Shown here: piece by piece, positions 17,303-26,412 of the stretch
How the letters are laid out: each line of letters opens with the position of its first letter
Position numbering within the stretch: the first letter of the stretch is position 1
From: Nitrospirales bacterium
Lineage (GTDB): Bacteria > Nitrospirota > Nitrospiria > Nitrospirales > UBA8639
Direction: 5' to 3'
NCBI GenBank assembly: GCA_965223315.1
Contig: CBDCWD010000004.1
Location: 875,759 to 939,758, forward strand
DNA length: 64,000 bases
Notes under the pieces: model-generated
Database searches by the model: none
Told to the model about the DNA's origin: nothing
Seen by the model: only the letters and a program-made list of their open reading frames with translations
Program-made: the position numbers and the translations under genes

Positions 17303-20300
17303 GTGAGACAAGAAGTTTCGCCTTTGACTCAAGAAGAACGAACACTTCTGCACGATGTGATCGAAGCGGCCTGTGAGCCGATTGCACCGTTTTGGCCGAT
17401 GCGAACCATGGTGGCTCAGAATCCAATTCATGGTTTGGAATATCTCCCGTTCGATGAGGCTGTCCGGCAAGGAAAAGATCTGCTTGGAGGCAATGGATAT
17501 CTGTCAAATGAAGATTATCGGCGGTTGTATCGAGAGGGACGAATAACGTCCAACAGCATTCAACAAGCCTTAACCCATGTGGGTCCTCAGTCGCATACGC
17601 AAGATTCTATTCAGATCGGGGCGCAGCCAGTATCGTCTCAAGATATTTGGCGCTGGCATTTGGTGACTGGGTTTGAGGAGTTAGAGCCTGCTCTCTTGCA
17701 ATGGGAACTGAGTGGAGGCAGGGCAACCAAACAGTTTCGTTCAGATTTTCCTGCTGACTCTAAACAACGGATTGTCCAGCGCACCATCAAAGATTGTGAG
17801 CGATGTCGGGATTTTCCTGAAGAAGCCTATCTCACCAATCTGTGGAATGCGACCTTGAGAGCGTTAGGGCTGCATGAGTCTTCCTCAGAAAAAAATCATG
17901 GTCAAGAATCTTCATCAACTGTAGAACAAGAGAGCCGTGAGATACCTATTCACTTACCTGTTCAGCGAACGATGAGTGATTGGATTGAACGCTTGAGCGG
18001 TGTTCCGCTTGTCGAACAAATTAATAACCAGATGATCAAGTGGATTGCGGCTTTTGTTGACGAAGGATTGGCCGGATGGGAGATGCCACAAAAGCACAGA
18101 GGCTTTTTCCTCACGTGGCGAGAGCTTGTGCAATGGGATCACTCGGGCCATTTTCTCGGGATCTCTGATTTTCACCAAAAGGTCAGGGACCTATCTGATG
18201 ACCCGGAGGAGGTGATCGTTTCGTGCCTGCGCTGTTCGGGTGTCCCCCAAGCTGAATGGAAAGCCTATCTGTCGCGGGAGTTATCGCAATTGCCCGGATG
18301 GACCCGGTATATTCGATGGCTGGGAGAGCATCCCCGGTATCATGCTCAACGAAAGCAACCTATTGATGTGCGGCAATATTTGGCGGTTCGGCTGGTGTAT
18401 GAAGTGGAGCTCACTCAGGTAATCTGCCAAAGGGAATGGGGAATTGAAGGAACCGTCCCTGCATTGCAGGAATTTTGGGGAGAACGTGGTGGAGAGTACG
18501 AACACCCTATTGGGTTAGGCCGTTGTTCCGTCGATCCCATCACGCAGATGACATGTCGAGATGCTTGGCGCTTGTTTCATCTTGCTCAATGCTTAGAAGT
18601 TGCCCCCGCTGACATGCATGACCTTTCAAGGACAGACGCTCAGGTCTTATTGAGATGGCTTGATGCCTTTCCATCCGATTTGCACGGCCCAGTTTGGTTA
18701 GAGGCTTTGGAAGATTCCTTTCGCAAAGATATCCTGGGGAAACTCTCGCTCCATTGTCAGGGCGTGAAAGATGTCGATACGCGCCCGCAGGCCCAATTGG
18801 TGTTTTGTATCGATGTCCGCTCTGAGTCGTTCCGCCGTCATATCGAAGCACAAGGTCCTTACGAGACATTTGGCTTTGCGGGATTTTTTGGCATTCCCAT
18901 CAGTCACCAGGCCTTTGATAGCGAACAGCGGTCTGATTTATGCCCGGTATTGTTGACACCCAATCATGCTGTGAGAGAAGTCCCTCGATCTGAGGAAAAC
19001 GACTCTTTGCAGAGGTATTCTTCCGGTACTCGATGGTATCATCTTGGGCATCATCTCTTTCACGATCTGAAACATCATCCCATTGGTTCGATGATGGTCA
19101 TTGATGTCCTGGGTTTCTTTTTTAGTCTTGGGTTAGTCGGTAAAACGTTGCTTCAAAAAATATTTCGTGGAATCACGTCTACCATCGAAGATTGGTTCAC
19201 CCATCGTGTACGGACTCAGATCGCGGTTTCTGCCTCTTCGGACCCCACGCATCCGAAAATCGGAGAAGTGCATCCAGAAGGGATTCCCAGTGATCTGGCG
19301 CAAGGGTTTTCTTTGACGGAACAGGCGACGTTTATCGAAAACGGGTTACGGGCAATGGGGCTAACAAAAAATTATGCGCGTCTCGTCTGTCTTTGTGGCC
19401 ATGGAAGCGAGACGGATAACAATCCCTATTATGGCGCACTGGATTGCGGGGCTTGTGGGGGAGCGCCGGGGGATGCGAATGCGCGAGTTTTTGCCGCGAT
19501 GGCGAATTCACCTGACGTTCGCCGCGTTCTTGGAGAAAAAGGCCTGTCTATCCCCAGCGATACCTGGTTTCTTCCAGGGAAACATAATACGACGACGGAT
19601 CGTGTACAGTTTTACGATGTAGAAGATCTGCCGGATAGTCATCTAGAAGATTTACGTGTGTTGGAGAAGGATCTCAAAGAGGCCGGTGCGAACCAAGCCC
19701 TTGAGCGTTGTCATCGTCTTCCACATGCTCCCACACAAATTTCTCCAGAACATGCTTTGGCTCATGTGGAGGAGCGTAGTTGCGATTGGGCCAATACCCG
19801 GCCGGAATGGGGGCTTGCTGGCAATGCCGCGTTTTTAATCGGGCGACGCCGTCTCACGAAAGGGCTGGATCTGGGCGGGCGGGTCTTCTTGCATTCGTAT
19901 GATCCCATTGCGGACTCTGCGGGTGGCATCCTTGAGAAGATCATGACGGCTCCATTGATTGTAGGAGAGTGGATCAATACGGGATATTATTTTTCAGGAG
20001 CCGACCCATGGAAGTATGGAAGCGGCAGTAAGGTCTTGCACAATGTGGTGGGAGGTGTGGGAATGATGCTAGGAAGTCAAAGTGACTTACAAATGGGATT
20101 TCCTTTGCAGACCGTGAACGATGGAGACCGTCATTATCATGAGCCCATGCGTCTTCTTGCCATCATTGAACACACACCGTGTGTTATTTCGTCAATTATC
20201 CAAAAACATGGAATCCTTCAGCAGTTGTTTCATAATCAGTGGCTTCATCTTGTGGCGCTAGATCCTCATGCATATGAGTTTCATCAATATCATGCTGATG

Positions 20301-20332
20301 GGCGGTGGGAAAGGGTTTCTCCAACTGAGTAG
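17303..20332 (+). CDS. dabA: DabA (DUF2309) beta-carbonic-anhydrase-like subunit of an inorganic carbon pump
   Basis: IAPFWP..TMVAQNP N-terminus, FCIDVRSE (Cys/Asp), CGHGS (His), LDCGACGG (Cys), HNTTTD, RPEWGLAGNA and RVFLHSYD. All four Zn ligands are present. Confidence 0.95.
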   Translation: MRQEVSPLTQEERTLLHDVIEAACEPIAPFWPMRTMVAQNPIHGLEYLPFDEAVRQGKDLLGGNGYLSNEDYRRLYREGRITSNSIQQALTHVGPQSHTQDSIQIGAQPVSSQDIWRWHLVTGFEELEPALLQWELSGGRATKQFRSDFPADSKQRIVQRTIKDCERCRDFPEEAYLTNLWNATLRALGLHESSSEKNHGQESSSTVEQESREIPIHLPVQRTMSDWIERLSGVPLVEQINNQMIKWIAAFVDEGLAGWEMPQKHRGFFLTWRELVQWDHSGHFLGISDFHQKVRDLSDDPEEVIVSCLRCSGVPQAEWKAYLSRELSQLPGWTRYIRWLGEHPRYHAQRKQPIDVRQYLAVRLVYEVELTQVICQREWGIEGTVPALQEFWGERGGEYEHPIGLGRCSVDPITQMTCRDAWRLFHLAQCLEVAPADMHDLSRTDAQVLLRWLDAFPSDLHGPVWLEALEDSFRKDILGKLSLHCQGVKDVDTRPQAQLVFCIDVRSESFRRHIEAQGPYETFGFAGFFGIPISHQAFDSEQRSDLCPVLLTPNHAVREVPRSEENDSLQRYSSGTRWYHLGHHLFHDLKHHPIGSMMVIDVLGFFFSLGLVGKTLLQKIFRGITSTIEDWFTHRVRTQIAVSASSDPTHPKIGEVHPEGIPSDLAQGFSLTEQATFIENGLRAMGLTKNYARLVCLCGHGSETDNNPYYGALDCGACGGAPGDANARVFAAMANSPDVRRVLGEKGLSIPSDTWFLPGKHNTTTDRVQFYDVEDLPDSHLEDLRVLEKDLKEAGANQALERCHRLPHAPTQISPEHALAHVEERSCDWANTRPEWGLAGNAAFLIGRRRLTKGLDLGGRVFLHSYDPIADSAGGILEKIMTAPLIVGEWINTGYYFSGADPWKYGSGSKVLHNVVGGVGMMLGSQSDLQMGFPLQTVNDGDRHYHEPMRLLAIIEHTPCVISSIIQKHGILQQLFHNQWLHLVALDPHAYEFHQYHADGRWERVSPTE

Positions 20333-20374
20333 ACATGCAGGGAAGTGTTGAATAAATCTGAAGGTGCGATCTAA

Positions 20375-20902
20375 ATGACCAAAAACGTTGTTGGGCATGG
20401 GGCGCGGCCACGGCCGATTTCATCACAATTTTTGATCTTAAAGGCCACGGCACTATTCGTGTTGTGGATGATGTTATCGGCCCGTTTCGATTGGATCCAT
20501 CTTGGATTGGGCTTAGTCCTGTCTTTCGCGGTTGCCTGGATTAATTCCGGCCATTCTCCCTTTGTTCCCAAGTTTCGATTATGGGGCAATATCCTGCTCT
20601 ATCTTCCCTGGCTTTTTGTGAAAATCGTACAAAGTAGTCTTCACCTCTCAAAGCTGATTCTTCATCCCGCGCTTCCCATAAATCCTCGGCTAATCAAAGT
20701 TGAGACGAAGTTGGGGCATCATGCAGCCGTGGTGCTGCTTGGCAATTCCATTACCTTAACTCCCGGAACGATTACCGCAGAAGTGGATCGTAATACTCTC
20801 ATCGTGCATGCCATGGATGAAGTTGCCGCCGAAGATGTCACAAGCGAGCGGATTGAATCGAAAATTGCTGAAATTTTTAAGAATGAAGAGCCTGATTTGT
20901 GA
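20375..20902 (+). CDS. mrpE: Mrp/Mnh Na+/H+ antiporter subunit E
   Basis: LGNSITLTPGTITAEV and LIVHAMD motifs. Confidence 0.92.
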   Translation: MTKNVVGHGARPRPISSQFLILKATALFVLWMMLSARFDWIHLGLGLVLSFAVAWINSGHSPFVPKFRLWGNILLYLPWLFVKIVQSSLHLSKLILHPALPINPRLIKVETKLGHHAAVVLLGNSITLTPGTITAEVDRNTLIVHAMDEVAAEDVTSERIESKIAEIFKNEEPDL

Positions 20903-21165
20903 AAATATTTCTTCTCGGTGTCTTATTACTCTTAGCCCTCCTCATTGGTGTCTATCTTTATCGTGTGCTTCAGGGCCCTACAATTTTTGATCGCGTCCTG
21001 GGTCTCAATGGCATTTCCACCAAGGCGATCATTTTACTGATTGTGATGGGTATGTATTTTGAGCGAGTCGACATGTTTGTCGATATCTCGACGGGATATG
21101 CTCTCTTAAATCTAGTGGGAGCTCTTGCCGTCGCCAAGTTTCTGGAACAAAGAGGACTGCCGTAA
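20899..21165 (+). CDS. mrpF: Mrp/Mnh subunit F
   Basis: YRVLQGPTIFDRVL motif; overlaps the mrpE stop. Confidence 0.9.
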   Translation: MKIFLLGVLLLLALLIGVYLYRVLQGPTIFDRVLGLNGISTKAIILLIVMGMYFERVDMFVDISTGYALLNLVGALAVAKFLEQRGLP

Positions 21166-21166
21166 C

Positions 21167-21466
21167 ATGGAAGTGCTTGCCATAGGTTGTATTCTCGCCG
21201 GGCTATTTTTTTTGATTGTTGCGGCAATCGGCGTGATTCGCCTGCCCGATGTGTTTAGTCGGTCTCATGCGGTGTCACTTACAGACTCGTTGGGGGCCTT
21301 TTTGATGCTCGTGGGTGTGGCGCTTCATGAGGGCTTGAGCGCGAGTATGCTGAAAATCATAGCGGTCCTGGCACTACTGTACATCCAAAATCCGGTCATT
21401 GCCCATGCGACTGTTCGCGCAGCGCTTCGTGCTGGCTTGAAGCCCTGGAAAAAGGAGCATTCATGA
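21167..21466 (+). CDS. mrpG: Mrp/Mnh subunit G
   Basis: IGVIRLPDVFSRSHA and NPVIAHA motifs. Start set to ATG 21167, 1 bp after the mrpF stop. Confidence 0.9.
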   Translation: MEVLAIGCILAGLFFLIVAAIGVIRLPDVFSRSHAVSLTDSLGAFLMLVGVALHEGLSASMLKIIAVLALLYIQNPVIAHATVRAALRAGLKPWKKEHS

Positions 21467-21993
21467 TATTTTCCTATGAAATTCCCCTCCTGGTTTTACT
21501 GCTCGTGACAGCAGCCGGCGCGATCTTAGTCAAGGATCTGATGAGCGCCATCTTATTGTTGGGTTGCTACAGTTTTTTCCTTGCCTTGGTGTGGGCGTGG
21601 CTGGGTGCGGTTGATGTGGCGTTTGTCGAAGCCGTCGTTGGCGCTGGTTTAGCCACCGTGCTTTTCTTACTCACCCTATTTGGAACCGCACCAAAAGACA
21701 ATCGTCTCAGGCGGCCTCCGCCTCCGATGGCGGCACTGATTGCCCTTCCGCTTCTGGGAGTTCTGTTGCTCTATGCCGCAAACGATCTTCCAGAGTTTGG
21801 AGATCCACGTTCCCCGGCCAGTGTGCATATTTCACCGACATATCTCGAACAGAGTTATCCAGATTCTCATACGCCAAATGTCGTGACATCGGTCCTGATG
21901 GATTACCGGTCCCTTGATACCATGGTGGAAACGGTGGTGATTTTTACCGCAGGCATTGCTTGCGCACTATTGTTGCGGAGGCAACCCTCATGA
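21463..21993 (+). CDS. Mrp subunit: DUF4040 (MrpA C-terminal piece) fused to the MrpB N-terminal piece (MbhD/E-like)
   Basis: LGAVDVAFVEAVVGAG and TPNVVTSVLMDYRSLDTMVE motifs. Confidence 0.85.
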   Translation: MIFSYEIPLLVLLLVTAAGAILVKDLMSAILLLGCYSFFLALVWAWLGAVDVAFVEAVVGAGLATVLFLLTLFGTAPKDNRLRRPPPPMAALIALPLLGVLLLYAANDLPEFGDPRSPASVHISPTYLEQSYPDSHTPNVVTSVLMDYRSLDTMVETVVIFTAGIACALLLRRQPS

Positions 21994-22442
21994 TTCGCCC
22001 TCACGATAGTGTTATCGTGCAGACCTTAGGACGGTTTCTGATTCCGGTGATCCAGATTTTTGGTTTGTATGTGTTGTTTTTTGGCCAATATGGCCCTGGG
22101 GGAGGATTTGTTGGAGGGGTGATATTAGGCACCGGCATGATCTTATCGGTGCTCATTTTTGGCCACGATGCTTCCCGGAGCCAGATTGCGAAAAAAGTGT
22201 TGCACGGCGATGGAGTCGGCATGTTGATTTATGCCGGCGTTGGCGGATTGTGCATGATTGGCGGCGGGGAATTTCTCAACTATGCCAATTTGGAGATTCC
22301 GGGGCTTGAGACGGCTTCACGCCGATCTTTGGGAATTGTGTTGACGCAAATTGGCGTGGCTGTGGACGTGGCTGTGACGGCGGTGTCCATTGTCTTCAGT
22401 CTTTCTGCCGAAGAAATTATTGAGGATTCAATGAATGGGTGA
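21990..22442 (+). CDS. mrpB: Mrp/Mnh subunit B (MbhF-like)
   Basis: GQYGPGGGFVGG motif; ATGA overlap with the previous gene. Confidence 0.88.
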   Translation: MIRPHDSVIVQTLGRFLIPVIQIFGLYVLFFGQYGPGGGFVGGVILGTGMILSVLIFGHDASRSQIAKKVLHGDGVGMLIYAGVGGLCMIGGGEFLNYANLEIPGLETASRRSLGIVLTQIGVAVDVAVTAVSIVFSLSAEEIIEDSMNG

Positions 22443-22812
22443 TCTGTTTTCTGCCGTCTTTCAGCGCCCCAACTTTTTGACGTTTGTCATTATCTTCCTG
22501 TGGGGCTTTTATATCATGGTGACCCGGTACAACCTCGTCAAGAAATTGGTCGGATTGTATCTTGTCCAGACCAGCGTGATTTTTTTCCTGGTCTCTATTA
22601 GTGCGAAAAAGCACTCGACAGTCCCGGTCCTGCTGTCGACAACTGAACCTGTGCGAGCCATGAACTATGCGAATCCGTTGCCACATGTGCTGACGTTGAC
22701 AGCTATTGTGGTGGGTGTCGCCACGCTGGGTGTGGCATTGGCGTTGTGTGCGGCTATTTATCGACGATACGGCAGTCTTGATGAGGAAGAGATTTTAAAA
22801 AAACTAGAATGA
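22435..22812 (+). CDS. mrpC: Mrp/Mnh subunit C (NuoK-like)
   Basis: NLVKKLVGL and NPLPHVLTLTAIVVG motifs. Confidence 0.92.
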   Translation: MGDLFSAVFQRPNFLTFVIIFLWGFYIMVTRYNLVKKLVGLYLVQTSVIFFLVSISAKKHSTVPVLLSTTEPVRAMNYANPLPHVLTLTAIVVGVATLGVALALCAAIYRRYGSLDEEEILKKLE

Positions 22813-24278
22813 GGCATCATTTCCCAGCCCTGCTCTTTCTGTTCCCTTTGTTTGCCGCGATCGCCATGCCGGTTGTCTGTTTGAGGCACCGGCAGTGGAG
22901 CCGGCCCATCGCTCTCGCGGTGCTTGGCGCCATGGTTGTGGTCTCTATTCTGAATCTGAATAGCGTCATTAATGATGGAGAAGTGCGATATGCCTTCAGT
23001 GGCTGGATTGCACCATTAGGCATTGAGTGGGTCGCGGATGGATTGGCGAGTGTCATTATGGTGACGTTGAGTACGTTGGGTTTGCTGGCGTTGGTATTTA
23101 CCGGTCCCACTTCACCAAAAGATTTGGGGGGACGGATCGTTCATTATCATATCTTGATCTTGTTGCTTATTTCCGCGCTTACCGGAATCGTGTTTGCGGG
23201 AGATCTCTTTAATCTATTTGTGTTTTTGGAAGTCGCGGCCATATCCAGTTATGCGCTGATTGGTGTGGCCGGCGGGCGAGCGCTGTTTGCGGCGTTTCGC
23301 TACCTTGTGCTGGGGACGCTTGGGGCGTCTCTCTACTTACTGGGCGTGAGTTATTTCTACGCAGCCAGTGGCACGCTCAATATGGCAGATATGGCAGAGA
23401 AGCTTCCCCAACTCTTGACTTCCAAAGCGGTTGTGGGCGGGCTTCTGTTTATGTTCATTGGGTTGGGTATCAAGATGGCGTTGGTGCCATTTCATGCATG
23501 GTTGCCGGATGCCTATACCTATGCCCCCGAATCCATCTCTCCTATCTTAGCGGCATTAGTGACCAAAGTGGCGTTGTTAGGGTGGGTCCGCATTATTTAC
23601 TGGGTCTTGGGGGCTAAGGCCATTGTGTACGACATTCCCGTGCTCGTGCTCGTGGGGGTACTTGGCACTCTGGCAGCGGTCATTGGGGCGGTTCTGGCCT
23701 TGTCGCAGCGGGATATAAAGATGATGTTTGCCTATGGAGGAATTTCCCATATTGGCATCATTCTTATTGGCGTGAGTCAAGGGAATCATACGGGATTTGT
23801 CGGGGGTATTTTTTATTTACTAAACGATGCCGTGATGCAAGCGGCCTTGTTTTTTTTAGCAGGGGTCGCGATCTGCCAGTATGGCGTTCGGACTGTCGAG
23901 GATCTTGGAAAGATTGGGAAGCGCGCGCCTTGGTTTACGGGGGGCTTGGTCGTGGTGGCGTTGGGCATGATCGGCCTTCCTCCAACTGGGGGCTTTTTTG
24001 GAAAATGGTATATCATTCTCGGAGCGCTTGAAGCCAATAATTATATTGCGGTCGCCGCGGTTTTACTTTCAACTCTTTTGACGCTTGCCTATTTCGTCAG
24101 ACTATTTGAGGCGCTCTTTCGTCCGCTGGCCTCTGACTCGGAAACCGCATTCGGGGATATTCCGTTTCCGTTTAAACTGAGTGTGGGAGTAACGTCGGCG
24201 GCCGTCATGATCTTGGGACTGTTCAGCGACCCGATTGTTCAGTTTTTGTTGAATCAGGCTCTGCCACCAGGTATCTAA
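22809..24278 (+). CDS. mrpD: Mrp subunit D-type antiporter-like subunit
   Basis: GDLFNLFVFLE, KMALVPFHAWLPDAY, LVTKVA and GLPPTGGFFGKW motifs. Confidence 0.9.
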   Translation: MRHHFPALLFLFPLFAAIAMPVVCLRHRQWSRPIALAVLGAMVVVSILNLNSVINDGEVRYAFSGWIAPLGIEWVADGLASVIMVTLSTLGLLALVFTGPTSPKDLGGRIVHYHILILLLISALTGIVFAGDLFNLFVFLEVAAISSYALIGVAGGRALFAAFRYLVLGTLGASLYLLGVSYFYAASGTLNMADMAEKLPQLLTSKAVVGGLLFMFIGLGIKMALVPFHAWLPDAYTYAPESISPILAALVTKVALLGWVRIIYWVLGAKAIVYDIPVLVLVGVLGTLAAVIGAVLALSQRDIKMMFAYGGISHIGIILIGVSQGNHTGFVGGIFYLLNDAVMQAALFFLAGVAICQYGVRTVEDLGKIGKRAPWFTGGLVVVALGMIGLPPTGGFFGKWYIILGALEANNYIAVAAVLLSTLLTLAYFVRLFEALFRPLASDSETAFGDIPFPFKLSVGVTSAAVMILGLFSDPIVQFLLNQALPPGI

Positions 24279-24286
24279 CCAAGGCC

Positions 24287-26386
24287 ATGGCGATCTTTGT
24301 TCTCATCCCTTTGCTTCCTCTCATGGCTTCGCTTGTCCTTGTGCTTGGAGGACGACGATGGGGCGAGCACAGCCACCGAATTGGCATTCCTGCCATTGGT
24401 CTGTCTTTTGGTTTGTCGGTGTTTGCCTTTCTTGAGGTTCTGCGCCACGGGCCTTTCTCGCTCTCTCTGTATCGTTTCTTTCAGTCCGGGGCGTTGACCA
24501 TTAATTTCAGCCTTTATGTGGATCAACTCACGGTTCTCCTTTTGCTCTTGGTCACAGGTGTGAGCGCTCTTGTGCATGTCTATTCGTCTCGATACATGAT
24601 CGGGGACCCACGATACAATCGGTTCTTTGCGGTCATCGCATTGTTTACCTTTTCCATGGTGCTACTTGTCATGAGTGGCAATCTCTTGATGTTGCTCGTC
24701 AGTTGGGAGGTGATGGGTATCTGCTCATATCTCTTAATCTCCCATGCCGCACAAAGACCCTCGGCCGGACGGGCAGCGACCAAAGCATTCTTGGTGAATG
24801 CGGTGGCGGATGTGGGGTTAAGTTTTGGAATTATCTTGACCTTTTTTACATTCGGCACGCTCGACATTCAGACCATTCTCGCCCAGGCTGACAGCATGCA
24901 ACATCAGACGGTCAATATCATGGGATGGATCGGGGGCAATCTTGCTGTGAATCCCGTGACGTGGATTCCTTTCTTTCTGTTCTTAGGAGCCATGGGCAAG
25001 TCAGCTCAAATGCCCTTTCATGTATGGTTGCCATTTGCCATGGAAGCCCCTACTCCAGTCTCGGCGTTAATTCACGCGGCCACGATGGTGAATGCCGGTC
25101 CGTTCCTGCTCGTGCGGCTGAGCCCCTTGCTCGTCCTTTCTCCGTTCACCATGACATTCATTGCGGTCATTGGAGCCAGCACGGCGCTGTTTGCGGGTCT
25201 TGTTTCATTGACGCAGTCGGACATCAAAAAGATCTTGGCGTATTCCACGATTAGCCAAATTGGTTTCATGATCATGACCTGCGGTTTAGGTGCGTTTGTT
25301 GTGACGATCTTTCATCTCCTTGCTCATGGCTGTTATAAAGCGTTCTTTTTTCTGTCCACTGGTAATGCGCTCCGGTCGGTGGAGCCGGGTCGTGTCCATA
25401 GAGGAAATCATGAGCATCATAGTCCGCAGGGCATGGGAATGTTGTATGGGGGCGCGCTGGCCTTAGCGTTGATTCCTCCGATTATTCTGTTTTCAGGGGC
25501 ATATGAATACTTGTGGGGGGTAACGGGATTTGCCTCTGCCACAATGGGATTTCGCGTCATTGGTCTAATCACTGTCTTTGTGGCTTCTCTGTATCTTTTC
25601 CGAAGTGTCACGTCGCTATTTGTTTATGGTCCGAAGACGTATTGGCCGGTTTCCGGCCAATTGGGATCACAGACGCATTCCATCCGGCCGCAGTTTGTGA
25701 ATGGGGCGATTTTGACTGGGCTTTTCGTCGCCACTCTTGTCATCGGGGCGATGTTGACCCTGTTTTGGACGTGGTTTGCCAACTTCTTAGCTCCAGCGTT
25801 GATCTCACCCACGGCGGTGTTCCATGAAGGAACGGATAAGGCGGGCCTCTCGATATGGATGCTCATGGCTATTGGAATGGCGATTGCCGGATGGGCCTAT
25901 GCCTACTGGCAGGTTCAATCAGGCTCGCAGGTCGCAACAGCAGGCAGTAGGAACAAAAAGTTATACGTCCTCTTCTGGAATAAATGGTATTTTGATGAAT
26001 TCTATGATGTCTATGTGGTGAATCCCACCATTCGGTTTGCCGAATGGCTTTGGCGCTTCGTTGATGTGAATGTGATCGATGCATTCATACATTCCATCGC
26101 GACCTACTCCATTCTTTTGGCCCAGTGGCTCTGGCGAATCGTGGATATCAAAGGCATTGATCGAATGGTGATGGGTATCGGACGGCAGAGTGTTGGAATG
26201 GGCAGTTGGCTGTGGCAAGTGGTGGATATTCGATGGCTGGAACAGAGAGTCAGTCAAATGGGCAGACAAGCGGATACGGCAGGGCAACTCTTACAAGAGG
26301 TTGAACCTCGTACCCTCCAACACCAACTACTTGTCATGATATTTTGGCTGGTCTTGGCAACTGGGCTATTATATCTTTTGGTGTAA
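24287..26386 (+). CDS. NuoL/MrpA/DabB-family antiporter-like subunit with an extended lateral helix
   Basis: SWEVMG, GKSAQMPFHVWLPFAMEAPTPVSALIHAAT and KKILAYSTISQIG motifs; three 27-aa repeats in the C-terminal amphipathic helix. Confidence 0.9.
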   Translation: MAIFVLIPLLPLMASLVLVLGGRRWGEHSHRIGIPAIGLSFGLSVFAFLEVLRHGPFSLSLYRFFQSGALTINFSLYVDQLTVLLLLLVTGVSALVHVYSSRYMIGDPRYNRFFAVIALFTFSMVLLVMSGNLLMLLVSWEVMGICSYLLISHAAQRPSAGRAATKAFLVNAVADVGLSFGIILTFFTFGTLDIQTILAQADSMQHQTVNIMGWIGGNLAVNPVTWIPFFLFLGAMGKSAQMPFHVWLPFAMEAPTPVSALIHAATMVNAGPFLLVRLSPLLVLSPFTMTFIAVIGASTALFAGLVSLTQSDIKKILAYSTISQIGFMIMTCGLGAFVVTIFHLLAHGCYKAFFFLSTGNALRSVEPGRVHRGNHEHHSPQGMGMLYGGALALALIPPIILFSGAYEYLWGVTGFASATMGFRVIGLITVFVASLYLFRSVTSLFVYGPKTYWPVSGQLGSQTHSIRPQFVNGAILTGLFVATLVIGAMLTLFWTWFANFLAPALISPTAVFHEGTDKAGLSIWMLMAIGMAIAGWAYAYWQVQSGSQVATAGSRNKKLYVLFWNKWYFDEFYDVYVVNPTIRFAEWLWRFVDVNVIDAFIHSIATYSILLAQWLWRIVDIKGIDRMVMGIGRQSVGMGSWLWQVVDIRWLEQRVSQMGRQADTAGQLLQEVEPRTLQHQLLVMIFWLVLATGLLYLLV

Positions 26387-26412
26387 TCAACTTCCTGGAT
26401 AGGGGCCTGCTG

